From Adineta vaga (lineage: Eukaryota; Animalia; Rotifera), in NCBI GenBank assembly GCA_021613535.1, contig CP075492.1:4898001-4962000 (forward strand): 64,000 nt of DNA, written 5' to 3'. Of the stretch, positions 12,332 through 24,298 are shown one piece after another. Within the stretch, counting starts at the first letter, position 1. Every line of letters begins with the position of its first letter. The position numbers and the translations under genes are program-made. The notes beneath the pieces were generated by a model, which was given only the letters and a program-made list of their open reading frames with translations, had not been told where the DNA came from and did not search any database.

Positions 12332-14097
12332 ATGGAAGAAGCAGATCGATCACATGTATGTTTACTTGAAGATTTACCAAATGAATTATTTCTTAAAATT
12401 TTTTCGTATCTCAATGGAGCTGATTGTATTCTAGCTTTTTCGATAATAAATAAACGTTTTCAAAGTTTTCTATTTGAATACTGTCAACAAGTAGATTTTG
12501 AAAACAAAACAAAATCTGAACTGGATTTAATTCTTGCAAATCATTCAACATACAAATGGAAATCATTGAAACTTTTCAATAATGAACATACACCTGGTCA
12601 GATTGATTATTTTTTTCAACAGTATCCTTTATTAACTTATTTTATTCAATTGGAATCTTTATCTTTAATATCACTCAATCCTATCGATGAGTCTCTACTA
12701 ATTCAACTTTGTTTTTTAACAAATTTAACTTCATTAAAACTTGGATTTATTTGTGCACAATTTATGTTCGACTTTGATACTTCACAGAACTCAAACAGTT
12801 AAAACATCTCTCTGTAATCTCTTGCATAAATACTGCATGGACTCAGGTAAGATTTTATATCTACTGTCAAATGATTATGTCGATTTTCTTTTAGAATTTT
12901 GCTCAGATTGAAAGTCTTGAGTATACAGTAAAATACTGTTGTTCAGATGTTGTCTTTGTCGTCTGGCCATCATACATAAAACATTTGAAACTTATAATTG
13001 CAGATAAATATATATTACCTCCCAATTTGCATCACACTTTGGCAAGAGTCAATGCAATCGATAATTATATACCCGAATCTTTAGAAAATTTATCTAATTT
13101 AATCAGTTTATCAATTTTTCAAATATATGTTAGAGACAAAATGTATTGTTCTGGTAATTTTTGGGAAAATCTTATTCAGACATTCTTACCATCATTAGAG
13201 AATTTTCAATTCTATTTTAAATATACAACTTATCCATATTCTAAGATTTATGTTGCAGACATGTTCGAATCATTCAATACCCCATTCTATATCAATGAGA
13301 AAAATTGGCATGTTCAATGTGATTACTTCAAAAATGATCAAACATTCAATCTGTACACATTACCATATGCTTTCAGTAGTTTAATTTTGCCGAGTAGTAC
13401 TTTGGATGAAAATTTTCTCACGTTTTCGAACATCATTCATGATCAATGGAATGAAAATTTATACAGAAATGTGAGAAAACTGCAAGTTCAACTTTATCCA
13501 AGACAGAATGAGAAAGTTCAAGAAAAAACTGTTCTGGATATGATCCGTCATGGTCAATTTAATTCGATTGAAGAATTAAATTTAGTTTCAGAATCATCAT
13601 CATCACATCGTATTTCTGCAAGACAAATGATCATTTTTGGTGCTCACCTAGATATTCTATTCGAGAAAATGACACATTTACATTCATTACAAATACATTT
13701 AAATCATCTTGAATGGTTAACTAGTAATTGGAAGAATCAATCGTTATGCTGTTACTTATCTGAGAAAATTCATTCGCTGAAATTATACAACGGTGAAAAC
13801 TCGTCAGATTCAATTAACCATATAATACGTATATTTTCAAGAAAATGTCAACATTTATCAATAGAAACTCCTTTATCTGCTGAAATGATCATCTTATTTT
13901 TGAAAAACATGAAACAATTGCGTAGTTTACATGTTTGTAACGAAGTGAATGATGAAAATTTAATCAACATACAGTGGTTAGAACAACATCAGATTGGATT
14001 TGATAAGAGTAATTGTTCAATTGTTCATCAACAATCAAATTATTATTTTTGGTTAGAAAACATCAAGATGATCAGTTCGAATCAAGAACTTATTTGA
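12332..14097 (+). CDS. F-box plus LRR-like protein with a frameshift at ~12785 (possible pseudogene)
   Basis: F-box LEDLPNELFLKIFSYL. The frame shifts to TELKQLKHLSVISCINTAWTQ before a gtaag intron (12847-12894). It continues through WENLIQTFLPSLENFQF and LYTLPY, motifs typical of this expanded family. Confidence 0.8.
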
Positions 14098-14493
14098 TAA
14101 TATGCTGCTAAAATTCGAATTTATTTTTTCCTTCATAGACATTATATTGTAATAACAATATTCATTTGATTAGCATCATTAAATTCATCGATCGCAATGA
14201 ATAGTGACGCACTATTATGTTCAGTGGGCACGTTTATTTGCACACCCACACATTCAGAAAATACAAAACATATTTTCGATAAAAAGTCAGCATTCTGTAG
14301 AGTAAAAATTACGTACATTCATTCCTTTCTCCTCTTTTCTGTACAAAATCATCCTTGACAACGTTTGAATTCTACCAACTTCTTTTTTTCTCCGCTTCTT
14401 TCGGTGTTGAAATACACTATTTATTCATTGATTACCTTCGCGAAAGGACGCATTTTTTCACTTTACTTCTGATCGAAAAATATTCAAAAAAGA

Positions 14494-14643
14494 ATGGGAA
14501 ATTGTTGCAGCGGTTTCAAAAAGGAAAAGAAAAGAAATGTCCGACCTCAGCGCGATCCATCTGGTCCTACACGTCGTGGAAGTAATGACGATATTGTAAA
14601 GCCTGAACGTGTACCCGGACGTGGAAATGACTATAGAAAATGA
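14494..14643 (+). CDS. 49-aa putative myristoylated/palmitoylated microprotein
   Basis: MGNCCSGFKKEKKRNVRPQRDPSGPTRRGSNDDIVKPERVPGRGNDYRK*. Has an N-acylation motif and polybasic patch, and is more GC-rich than its flanks. Below the ORF-track cutoff. Confidence 0.55.
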   Translation: MGNCCSGFKKEKKRNVRPQRDPSGPTRRGSNDDIVKPERVPGRGNDYRK

Positions 14644-15414
14644 GAACATATTTCTTCCTGTATTTTTGAAACTGATTTTTTCTCACATCATATTCCAGTT
14701 TTATTTTAATTTAATAATAAAATCTTTTCTTTTGATTCATCGTCATGCGATTTTATACATTTTGTATGGTTTTGCATGTGACTTTTTTTCTCCTTGATCA
14801 AAATGGTTACTATATGCAAAGGAGAACTTATTTTTAGAATATTATCAACGATTCTTTATTCTACAGCATGAAATAAAAATATGTCAACAATAATAACTTG
14901 AAAAATTGTTTCACATGATAGATTTGTTTAGCACAGATTTTTCACAATTAGTATCTTTTGTTTGAAATAATACGAAGTTGATTTGCATAATTGCTCATAT
15001 CAAGACACTTTAATTCGAGAAAAATTCGTTAAGTTTCTTTGTTTCTTTAGAAGTTGCATTGCTTATGCAGATAGAAGAAAATTTTTGGGTATGTTCTCAA
15101 TATTTTTCATTTCTAGTGAAAATCTAAATTCATCTGGCAAGCCCTTCAATTAAGGACAAAAAAATCATAGATACGATCATAAGTTCAGAAAGTATCATCT
15201 TATATCTCTATCGTATCGAAGTTACAACTTTGACGGCGAGTGTAACTTTAGCACGACATATACATGACATAAATGGATAAAATAGTATTCTGGATTTATT
15301 TCAATATAAATATGATTAAAGAGAAATACTTGATTATAAATATTCATCAAAACAAATTTATGAAATCTTGATTAATTCTATATACCCATCTGATAAGGAC
15401 GATTCACTATATTG

Positions 15415-16565
15415 TTAAACTATGCCTATCAGTTGAAGACTTTCGATCATTGCCGTAGTTGAATTTATAGCAAAGGTACACACATCACGATTAGCTCGTC
15501 GTTGCCGTTCACTTTCTAAACATAGTTGAATATCTTCCATATGTTGGCAAACTGCATTGGCTTTTTCTTCAGTATCTCGCATGTAACGCATGAAGTTCAT
15601 ATTAGCCGAGTTCAGTTCAATTAAATCTTTGAATATTAGATTCAAATAACTCAACGCTCTTAACTGCTGACGTGCCCAAAATTTCTTTACTAAAATAACA
15701 GCAGTACTAGCACAAATACCGCCTAAGACACATGCACCAATGATAGCAGCTACAGGAGGAAAGGCTGTTCCTGCAATGACTAATGCACCAACACCGCCGA
15801 ACATTCAGCTGTAACAAATCCTCCTACGGTTGCACCCGATGTAATTACACTTACTGGCACAGCACATCTCAAACAAAAACCTGCAACTTCAAGTCGTTCT
15901 TCGACTAGGTCTTTCTTCTTCTGAACTGCATTCGTCATATTATGTATACGATCGTCTAGATTTTGACTTTCAGCTGTAGATGATTTTGCTATCTTTAGTA
16001 AGTTTTGTATTCCAGTTGACATTCGGTTGAGTGCTAGTTGAATATCTTGCTTATCTATCTCATTGAATGATTCACTTGGATCTGTATTCATAACATCTTG
16101 AACAACTGTCATTTGCATTGTTGCAGCTGTTAGTAAAGGAAGCATCATGTTGACATCATGTTTCACTTGCATGACCATCCGAGCAAAACATTGGATGAGA
16201 TCTCGAAGTTCGTTCGCCATATCACTGTATTCTTGTACCTCTTTCATCATGTTATCTAGTAATTGTTTGATGCTTTCTACCAATTCTGGGATTTTGTGCA
16301 ACTTTTCAGCAAATGCTAACGAGGAGAAGTTAGTGGCAATAGAGATAAATTTTCGAAAGCGTCGCATTTGTTCATCATCAATTAATGAAGTATTTTGTTG
16401 GACAGCAGACTGAAGTGATGCTTCAGCTATTTCATCCGGTTTGAAGGTATTCCAACTATCATTTTGCGTTAATTCACGACTAACTTCTTTAATATATTGA
16501 TCAACACCATCACGTTTCATACGTTCTCTTTCCACCATTTCTTCTAGTAACATATTATCATCCAT
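15415..16565 (-). CDS. Helical/coiled-coil protein with a Gly-rich hydrophobic hairpin (alpha-PFT/APOL-like architecture), frameshift at ~15805
   Basis: Two overlapping ORFs join if one A is added (GAA ATG TTC): ...SGATVGGFVTAE-MFGGVGALVIAGTAFPPVAAIIGACVLGG..., flanked by long amphipathic helices. Confidence 0.6.
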
Positions 16566-18360
16566 GGAGACCACTGAAACACCTTGATTAGAAAATATAT
16601 AATTTGTAGTGGAGTGATTTCACCAGCTTGTATTCACTATTGGACGAGTATATGTTGTGACTATAACAAGAATGAGTTTATGTCGACTGTATTGTAACAT
16701 CAACAAAATCACTGGGAAAATTTGTTGGAAGGTGATTAACATAGCTCGTTTTATCCTCTACAATGCGACAAAAACGAGAAAACCCACTATATCCTTCGAC
16801 TGTATTGCTTAACTGGATTGGTCAAAGAGTGTAGCAAAAAACAAACGAACAAGCAAGTTTCGCAGTTCATATTTAGCTGACCGCATAAATAAATATAAAT
16901 GGAAATTAACATGTCGATGTCAAAGCAGTAGAATTGTCAAAATCTATGTGTTAGTGTCTCACGATAGATGTCATTAATTTCCATTTACAACAAAATCGTA
17001 TGTTTTGAAATGTATAGCACATTCAAATTTAGACTAATGGACAAAACACCTGCCGTACTATAACGAATGAAATCAGATAATCTCTATCTATGTGTATTCA
17101 TGTTTCTTTTCACTCGAAAATATTGATCTCAACGCATCAGATTTGATCATGTTTAGATACTAGGTTTGATAATGCGATATTTAAATTTGTATTTATTATT
17201 AATCAATAAAAGAACAAAGCGAAATAGATTAAATTTTAAATAAAGATCAACGTTCATATTCTGCGAGTACTGTTTAAACAAAATTCACAGGTATTTAGAA
17301 GAACGATCGGCACACCTTCCGCTGAATCCATTGATATTATATCTGAATATCTATCAGCGCAGTTATACGAGAAGGAAATCAATGACCAATAACAATGTCT
17401 AAATTTCCATCACAATTCAAATCACTAATAGTAACGGATTCTACAAAAATACCATCACTGTGGCCCATAATGACACCCAAACACAAAAGGTGGATAAAAA
17501 ATTCGGAAGTTTGCGAAACTGTTAAAAGCTTGCTTTTAGACAGATTGAAATGGAAAGGAACTCAAACTAGAAACCTTTTTTTTCTTATGTTTTGTGTGTC
17601 ACGGTTTTTTGTTGCTTTCAAATTCAGGTAAGAGATTATGCTATAGTGTATTTCATTCCTTTCTAGTCCATTTCGATGTTACCTGCAGGAATCATCCTTC
17701 TTACTTGACAATATCGGTGTTGTCTCACTATAGATCACACTTTTGTCAGCTATAGCAGATATAATTCATGTGTATTTAATCATTAGATGTTAAATCAAAT
17801 CTAAACCCTAATTGTCACTGAAGTATTAGCAGAGTAATTGAACAAAACGTATGCAAACACACAAGAACATGAAGTAATTCATCAGCATAGGTATTAAAAG
17901 ATCAGAAGTTTTCACATTATTTAGTTTTATACAAATATGCGAATTATCATTGATCAATGAAACTGATTCGGAGACTTTCAGAATACATTCAATTGCTTCT
18001 ATAGTTTTCGCAGCGAAAATAAATGATATACGCATTTTCATGAACATCTATGACTGTAACAATACGCAGCGAAACAGACTACACAATTTTTACACTGAAA
18101 GAATACAAAGAAAACGACTGTGTGTAGAAAAATGATCAAATTTTAACAGTCGATTGTATTCGGCATGACATCTGTATCAGATACACCTATAAATATCGAT
18201 TATTAGGTTGTTAAGAGAAAGAGAAAGGAATAATGGATAAGTATAAGCCAATACAATTTCTTTCCATTCTTTTAGAGAAAGAAAAAAAAAGAAGAAAGAT
18301 ACGATTGATCTAACTGTCTTATAATTATTTATTTTTTCATACGAGAGAGAAGTTAATCAT

Positions 18361-19443
18361 ATGGCTTCAGCTCCGGAAGAACTTAAACGTCATGGTCCAA
18401 CTGAAGGTTTATCTTTTCCACGTTCAAAAGCCGAACAATTATTTAAACATCATTTAAATAAAAAAATCAGTTGGTATGAAACAATTGAAGAAGGTTTGAA
18501 TAATTTTCTTGCTTTTGTTGATTGTGAAAATGATACACAACGGTATGTTCTGAAAATTTGTGGTGATGCTTGGGATAAAATCAAAACCGAATCTGAAGTT
18601 ACTGCTATGAAAGTTGTTTCTAAACATACAACACTTCCTATTCCAAAAATTATTGCTTATTCATCAGATAAAAATAATGAATTCGGTCTGGAATGGATTA
18701 TAATGACGCGTACAGAAGGAAAACCACTTCGAACATCACAACATGTTGGTGATATTTGGACAAAACTATCGATTGAACAGAAGAAAATGCTTATTAATGA
18801 ATTGGTTGATTATGTTAAACAATTACATTCACGAATACCATCAGCATCATTAATTGGAAATTATAGAAGTAATGATAAAATTGGATTTGATAATAGTCGT
18901 AAAGGTCCATGGAAAAACTATCGAGAATATTTTAATGATCAATTAAAAGATAAAATCGAAATCTTAACAAATGATAATGTATTTGCACCTGTTCGTGATG
19001 ATGTTCTTCAATCAATTAAAGAATTTCGAACGTTAAATTTGCCAACATTTGATGAACTTCCGAATGTTTTTACTCATAATGATCTTGGATTACAAAATTT
19101 AACTGTAAGTGATGATTTGAAAATTCGAGGAATTCTCGATTGGGAATGGTCCGGTTCGTATCCGATTGTCGAAGAATATTTTCGTTCATATAAACCGATT
19201 GTTTATGATGAACAAATGAAAACTTATCTTTTCGATCAATTAGAAAAACAACAAATTCCAACTCCACGAACAATACCACGGTTTTCACTTCTAAGAAAAC
19301 TCTATGATTTTCTACAAGCTATTGTTCCATGGTATCTAACGAGTTTAGCGAATCCGGAACATCCAACTGTAGAAAAAGAACTATTTAAAAATCGAGATAA
19401 AGTTGAACAACTCGTTAAAGAAATTCGAAAAGAATTGAAATAG
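18361..19443 (+). CDS. Aminoglycoside phosphotransferase (APH)/choline-kinase-like kinase, intronless
   Basis: YVLKI, SEVTAM, PIPKIIAY, Brenner motif FTHNDL...N, and ILDWEWSG. Confidence 0.88.
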   Translation: MASAPEELKRHGPTEGLSFPRSKAEQLFKHHLNKKISWYETIEEGLNNFLAFVDCENDTQRYVLKICGDAWDKIKTESEVTAMKVVSKHTTLPIPKIIAYSSDKNNEFGLEWIIMTRTEGKPLRTSQHVGDIWTKLSIEQKKMLINELVDYVKQLHSRIPSASLIGNYRSNDKIGFDNSRKGPWKNYREYFNDQLKDKIEILTNDNVFAPVRDDVLQSIKEFRTLNLPTFDELPNVFTHNDLGLQNLTVSDDLKIRGILDWEWSGSYPIVEEYFRSYKPIVYDEQMKTYLFDQLEKQQIPTPRTIPRFSLLRKLYDFLQAIVPWYLTSLANPEHPTVEKELFKNRDKVEQLVKEIRKELK

Positions 19444-20443
19444 AATTGCGTTTCCTTTCTAATAAATTATGTGTTATAATTTGATATTCCAGCGATTTAT
19501 ATTTTGACATACTTTTCTATTGCATTTTTTTTTGTGCGACGCAAAAAACAAGTTATTGCAGAAATAAAAAGGTTAAAATACCAATCCGATTCTTTTTTAT
19601 GCAGACGTGATGTTATCATCATGGCCAAGAACAGGATAGCAAAAATAAATAATCCAAGATTTGTTGTTGCATATTATTTTATGTACTTCTTTTTATTCAT
19701 TCTCCATTTTCAGCAAACAGATATACTCGATGAGAGAAATTTGATCGAGTTAATATACTTCTATTATAACGAAAAAAATTATTCATGGACGATCGAGAAT
19801 TTTTTTTGTGAAGGTTTGCAGTTGATACATAGGTGAAACATTTTGGTGAATCTAAATAGCATGCTTTGCAACAACCACCATTGAAATTTTTATGTTGGAG
19901 ACCAAGTAATCATGTTCCATCCTTGACGAAAGAAAAAGAAGACCAACATACCAAATGTTGATTGTCTTTCTAAAGATCAATTCCATTGTATCTAACACTT
20001 ATCCATGAAATAGCGAGTGCAAATTGACGCATAGGATGAGCATCATATTTATCACGAGGAAAAAGACATTCAGAAAAATTAAAATTCATCATCAATAGAT
20101 AATAACTTAATTTGATTACTTTCCAAACAGAATGTTTTCTAACTCAGTTTTCATATACTATTTACCAATCTCATATGACATGTGTCATGGATTTTTTGTT
20201 CATGTTTATTTTCACTTTACATCAATCAATGAAGCGGAACATTTATGCTCTATTTACAATGTTTGAACTCTATGTATAATCAGTCATATTACACGCATAG
20301 TTATAGATTCAAACTTATTGCTCTCAATTTAATAAAACTATACGTTTTATTTTATTTTGTGCTATCCCGAGTAAATTTAAGACAGAAAAATGTATAAAAT
20401 AAAATATCTACGCATTTAAGAATTATCAATTCATCAGTTTAAT

Positions 20444-21499
20444 TTAACCTCCACCACATCCACCCCCACATCCTCCACCACACCCACCGCCACACCCTCC
20501 TCCATCTCCACCACCGCCACATCCTCCTCCATCTCCACCACCGCCACATCCTCCACCATCACAGCCACCACCACCACCGCAATTCGCATCACATCCACCG
20601 CCAACAGCACCACATGACGCACTTCCACTACTATCCATAGTAAAAATCGGTACAAAAACCATGGCACATGAACTTATATACGATGACGATTCGATTGTTT
20701 TTCGATCAATATTTCGACCATAATCTGTCTTATATGTTTCTTTCCAACGATCAGCTGTTCTTTGATAATTATTGTTTAGGATATGTTGTTCAATTGCATC
20801 ATCATGATCAAGAATATAACCACATAAAGCTTTTGAAACAGTATGATAATGTACTGGACGTCTCATATGTGAATGCCAAATTAAATCAATATCAAAAGTT
20901 GGTACAATCATTTCATGTTTTCGTGCTAGCTTTATAAATGAGATATAATTTTGAACTAAATGTTCAAAATATAAACGATCATCTTGTTTAAAATCTCGGC
21001 AATATAATTCATGTTTTTGAAATTTTTCAAGAAAATCACGTTGACGAATAGCTGCTTGAGTTAAATCAATGGAGGGAATGAATGATAGGGCATTACTAAT
21101 CGATGTAAATACAGTTTTTGAATTTGATTTTTTATGATATTTTTTAAGTAAATTATAAACTAGTTTATCAAGAACTTTTCCATTTGGAAGTTGTTTTATA
21201 CAATCGTTATAATACGCAACGGGATGAAGACGATGAATATGCCAAATCCATTCAACTTGCCATGGAAGTTTTTGTTGTTGTTGTTTCGTTTTCATTTCTT
21301 CTTTTGCCATGCGTTTACAATAATCTTTAATAAAATAATCTAACATCGGTCCTTGTTCGAACATTTCAGGATGTGCAATAACTTGTCGTAATAATAGAAT
21401 ATGATCAATTAAATCCGACGAAGATAGTCGATGTGTATCGCCATTTTTTGTTTGAATAGTTGCAGAAAAATTCGGTAGAGATGATTTTGTTGTACCCAT
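20444..21499 (-). CDS. Glycine-rich domain-containing protein (GRDP/DUF1399-like), intronless
   Basis: Two related motifs, VEWIWHIHRLHPVAYYNDC and VPTFDIDLIWHSHMRRPVHY...HDD, plus a C-terminal (GGGC)n tail and an N-terminal MGTTKS. Confidence 0.85.
   Translation of the reverse strand: MGTTKSSLPNFSATIQTKNGDTHRLSSSDLIDHILLLRQVIAHPEMFEQGPMLDYFIKDYCKRMAKEEMKTKQQQQKLPWQVEWIWHIHRLHPVAYYNDCIKQLPNGKVLDKLVYNLLKKYHKKSNSKTVFTSISNALSFIPSIDLTQAAIRQRDFLEKFQKHELYCRDFKQDDRLYFEHLVQNYISFIKLARKHEMIVPTFDIDLIWHSHMRRPVHYHTVSKALCGYILDHDDAIEQHILNNNYQRTADRWKETYKTDYGRNIDRKTIESSSYISSCAMVFVPIFTMDSSGSASCGAVGGGCDANCGGGGGCDGGGCGGGGDGGGCGGGGDGGGCGGGCGGGCGGGCGGG
20447..20620 (-). repeat. Coding GGG-C/D low-complexity repeat
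   Basis: CCA/CCT/CCG-rich tract encoding CGAVGGGC...GGGCGGGCGGG. Confidence 0.9.
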
Positions 21500-21848
21500 C
21501 TTTGCTTAGTCTTCTTTCTTTTCCTTCTAAAGGTTAGTCTATTCTGTCTAAGCTAAGAATATTCTATTGCTTGTAGAAGTCTTATATTATTCGATTAAGC
21601 TTTTCTGTCTATTTATATATATGTAAAACGCATATCATAAAAATCGTCTCTTTCCGATCGAAAGAAAGAGAAAAACAGAACGAAGAAAAAAATGCAGATG
21701 GAAGTGACAAGAGAGAGAATGAATAAGCAGAAAAAACAACATCAACGTCACTGAACAAACTAAGTATTCACTTAAAAAGAACGAAAGAAAACAAAATCCT
21801 ATATTATCTTTACAACTTGTAGAATGTTGAAAGTTAGGAAACAAATTA

Positions 21849-22925
21849 TCAATTGAATTTATTTGTTGTAGGAATGGATGAGACATTTACTATTGTTTGT
21901 TCATCATCGAGTTGAAATGAGATTATTATTGATGTCCAATCAAATGTTTTAATATAAGTTTCTTGATCAAATTCGTCACTATTTGTAAATGGAAATTGAA
22001 AATGAAAGGAAAAATCTATTCGAGGAGTTAATTGTTGAATCAATTCATATTTCATTTGTTCACCATTAACTATGTCTGGATGATGAATATTGCTTAATAT
22101 TAATTTATTTAAAGAAGATTGATAGAGTAAAATAAATTGATATAAAATCGAATGAGATGAAAAGTTACCACTGATTTTTAATTCTTGCAGAATTGTTGGT
22201 CGATTCGAAATATTCATCGATCGATCAGAAGAAGCAGATACTGGTCGTAAAACATCGATATAACATGATTGAAGTGAAGGCAAAATCGAACATAAATCAA
22301 ATAATTGATATTCATATCGAATAGGAATGGTTAAATGGCGTAATTTATTCATTAATTGTAAACTATGAAAACCAAATGGAAGATAAATATTCTTAATACA
22401 TAATTTTTCTACTTGTTGTTGCCATGTTCCTTTGTTATTAAATAAAATTCGTGCTAAACAACCAAGATCATCATGTGACATATCATCGGATAAATAATCA
22501 AGTGATAAGGAATTTAATAATGGTGCGATTTTCAGAAGATCATTACGGAATAGAGTATTATCTCCTATATCAACAATATCAAGTGTAGTTAATTGTGAAA
22601 ATTCAATCTTATATTTGACGAAAAGTTTGATTTGTTGATCAGTTAATCGAAATGAAACGATCCAATGACATAAATGAGATTCATTGTTAAAGTATCTTTT
22701 TATCCATTGTTCTTTATCGTATATCACAGGCAGGAAATCAAAATGAGCAAAATGCTTTGATAGAAATGATTGTATTCGATCAGAATCGATTTCAAAAAAT
22801 GATTGAAGGATATCTTTCGAAGAAAGATATGAGAAAATCATTTCCAATATTTCATTAGGTAGGTAAAGTAAACCTAATGAAGAATTTTGATTTTTATCTT
22901 GCTCTTTCTTTGCTGATCGAACCAT
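21849..22925 (-). CDS. F-box plus LRR-like protein
   Basis: LLYLPNEILEMIFSYL followed by LRR-like segments (LRHLTI, LPSLQSC, LQELKISG). The 3' end is uncertain. Confidence 0.8.
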   Translation of the reverse strand: MVRSAKKEQDKNQNSSLGLLYLPNEILEMIFSYLSSKDILQSFFEIDSDRIQSFLSKHFAHFDFLPVIYDKEQWIKRYFNNESHLCHWIVSFRLTDQQIKLFVKYKIEFSQLTTLDIVDIGDNTLFRNDLLKIAPLLNSLSLDYLSDDMSHDDLGCLARILFNNKGTWQQQVEKLCIKNIYLPFGFHSLQLMNKLRHLTIPIRYEYQLFDLCSILPSLQSCYIDVLRPVSASSDRSMNISNRPTILQELKISGNFSSHSILYQFILLYQSSLNKLILSNIHHPDIVNGEQMKYELIQQLTPRIDFSFHFQFPFTNSDEFDQETYIKTFDWTSIIISFQLDDEQTIVNVSSIPTTNKFN

Positions 22926-23269
22926 ACGAATAGAGTAGAAGAGAGATATGATGTGTGATATATACAAAGTCGATTGGATTGAAAATGAAAATGTTTCTTA
23001 ACACAATATTACTTTATAGATGTCTCTATATATTCGCTCAAATAAATTACGTCATCATACTCTTTAAGTTACTTCGAGATTCTTGCTAAGAATTGGAGGA
23101 TCTTATCATAACATATTTTATTTGCAAGAATCAAATTTATTCTTATTTCGAGGTAATACGACAGAAAACACGTACAGACATTTATTGAAAGGAATAATTC
23201 GGAGAATAAAAGAAGATTTGACACGACACAACAACTAGAATGTTAATGATGAATTTTCATAGAATAGTA

Positions 23270-24298
23270 TTATTTGACTCTTGTTTCCAAATTCATTACT
23301 GTTGGAGAAATGGTTGGATTAATTCTGTTTTGTTCGTTATGATTAAGAAATTTATTAAATGGTTTGAGAAATCGTGGCAAAAGCTCATTAGATAAACCGA
23401 GAAAACATGCAAAGGGCATGATGATCGGCATGATATAACAAAAGAAAAGACTAATTGAATTGCTGTAATCAAATATAATTGATCCTGTAAAATAACCTGT
23501 GTAAGCCAGTGTGCATGTAATAGCATAGGGCATTTCCAGAATGATAAACAATATTGTAATTACTACAACTTGCATAGTTAATTTATGTAAACGACGCCAT
23601 TCGATTGAACCTTTCGAACGCTTTCGCTTTACTATAACACGAACCCATAGAATTAGACTGAAAATAATTGCGAGAGTAGCAGCAACTAATTGATTCACCA
23701 TCAAATACCAACTTGCCATAAATGGTACAGAATTTAAACATGTCGCATCACAAAAGACAACATTGAAATTATAATTTGCAAAACAAGCTGGTGTAAGAAA
23801 ACACGCAGCATTGAATCCAAATAAATAAATGACAAGAAGAATAATAGGAAGATAATGAAATAAGAATCGATTACGAGATATTCTCAACATATTACTATGA
23901 TAAATGAGAATGTGTCGTTCGACAGCTGCCCATGCTAGGAGAACATCATTGGCATTACAACCAAGATAAGCAGTAAAACGCCAAATACTACATGCAATAA
24001 TTGAACGTGGCCAAACCGAACCAGTTCGAAAGAGATTGATTGAGAATGGTGCATGAATAAGATTGAATTCAAGAGTTGCAAACAGAATGACAATAATCAC
24101 ATGATTGTGCAACTCCTTGCGTAGATTTTTGTCCACTAGTAAATGATAAAGAACAAATATATTACAAGCAATAGCTAATGGTATAATAAAGAGAAGTATA
24201 ATGTATTGTGCTTGACTAGGAACATAATCATGAACAGCATGAATTAAAGACATGATCAAATCATCTGTATCCATCGTTGTGTTGGTAGTACGCATCAT
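23270..24298 (-). CDS. Rhodopsin-family 7TM GPCR (orphan), intronless
   Basis: Seven hydrophobic helices, TM1 Asn (ACNIF), TM3 Cys, an ERH variant of DRY, and TM6 Pro (EMPY). Confidence 0.85.
   Translation of the reverse strand: MMRTTNTTMDTDDLIMSLIHAVHDYVPSQAQYIILLFIIPLAIACNIFVLYHLLVDKNLRKELHNHVIIVILFATLEFNLIHAPFSINLFRTGSVWPRSIIACSIWRFTAYLGCNANDVLLAWAAVERHILIYHSNMLRISRNRFLFHYLPIILLVIYLFGFNAACFLTPACFANYNFNVVFCDATCLNSVPFMASWYLMVNQLVAATLAIIFSLILWVRVIVKRKRSKGSIEWRRLHKLTMQVVVITILFIILEMPYAITCTLAYTGYFTGSIIFDYSNSISLFFCYIMPIIMPFACFLGLSNELLPRFLKPFNKFLNHNEQNRINPTISPTVMNLETRVK

Noticed and set aside
16700-18300. Short ORFs or a possible transposon in the intergenic gap
   Set aside because: I could see no transposase or RT motifs and no terminal inverted repeats.
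19800-20110. Minus-strand coding-like remnant (CLFPRDKYDAHPMRQFALAISW)
   Set aside because: Short, interrupted and not assignable to any family I recognise.
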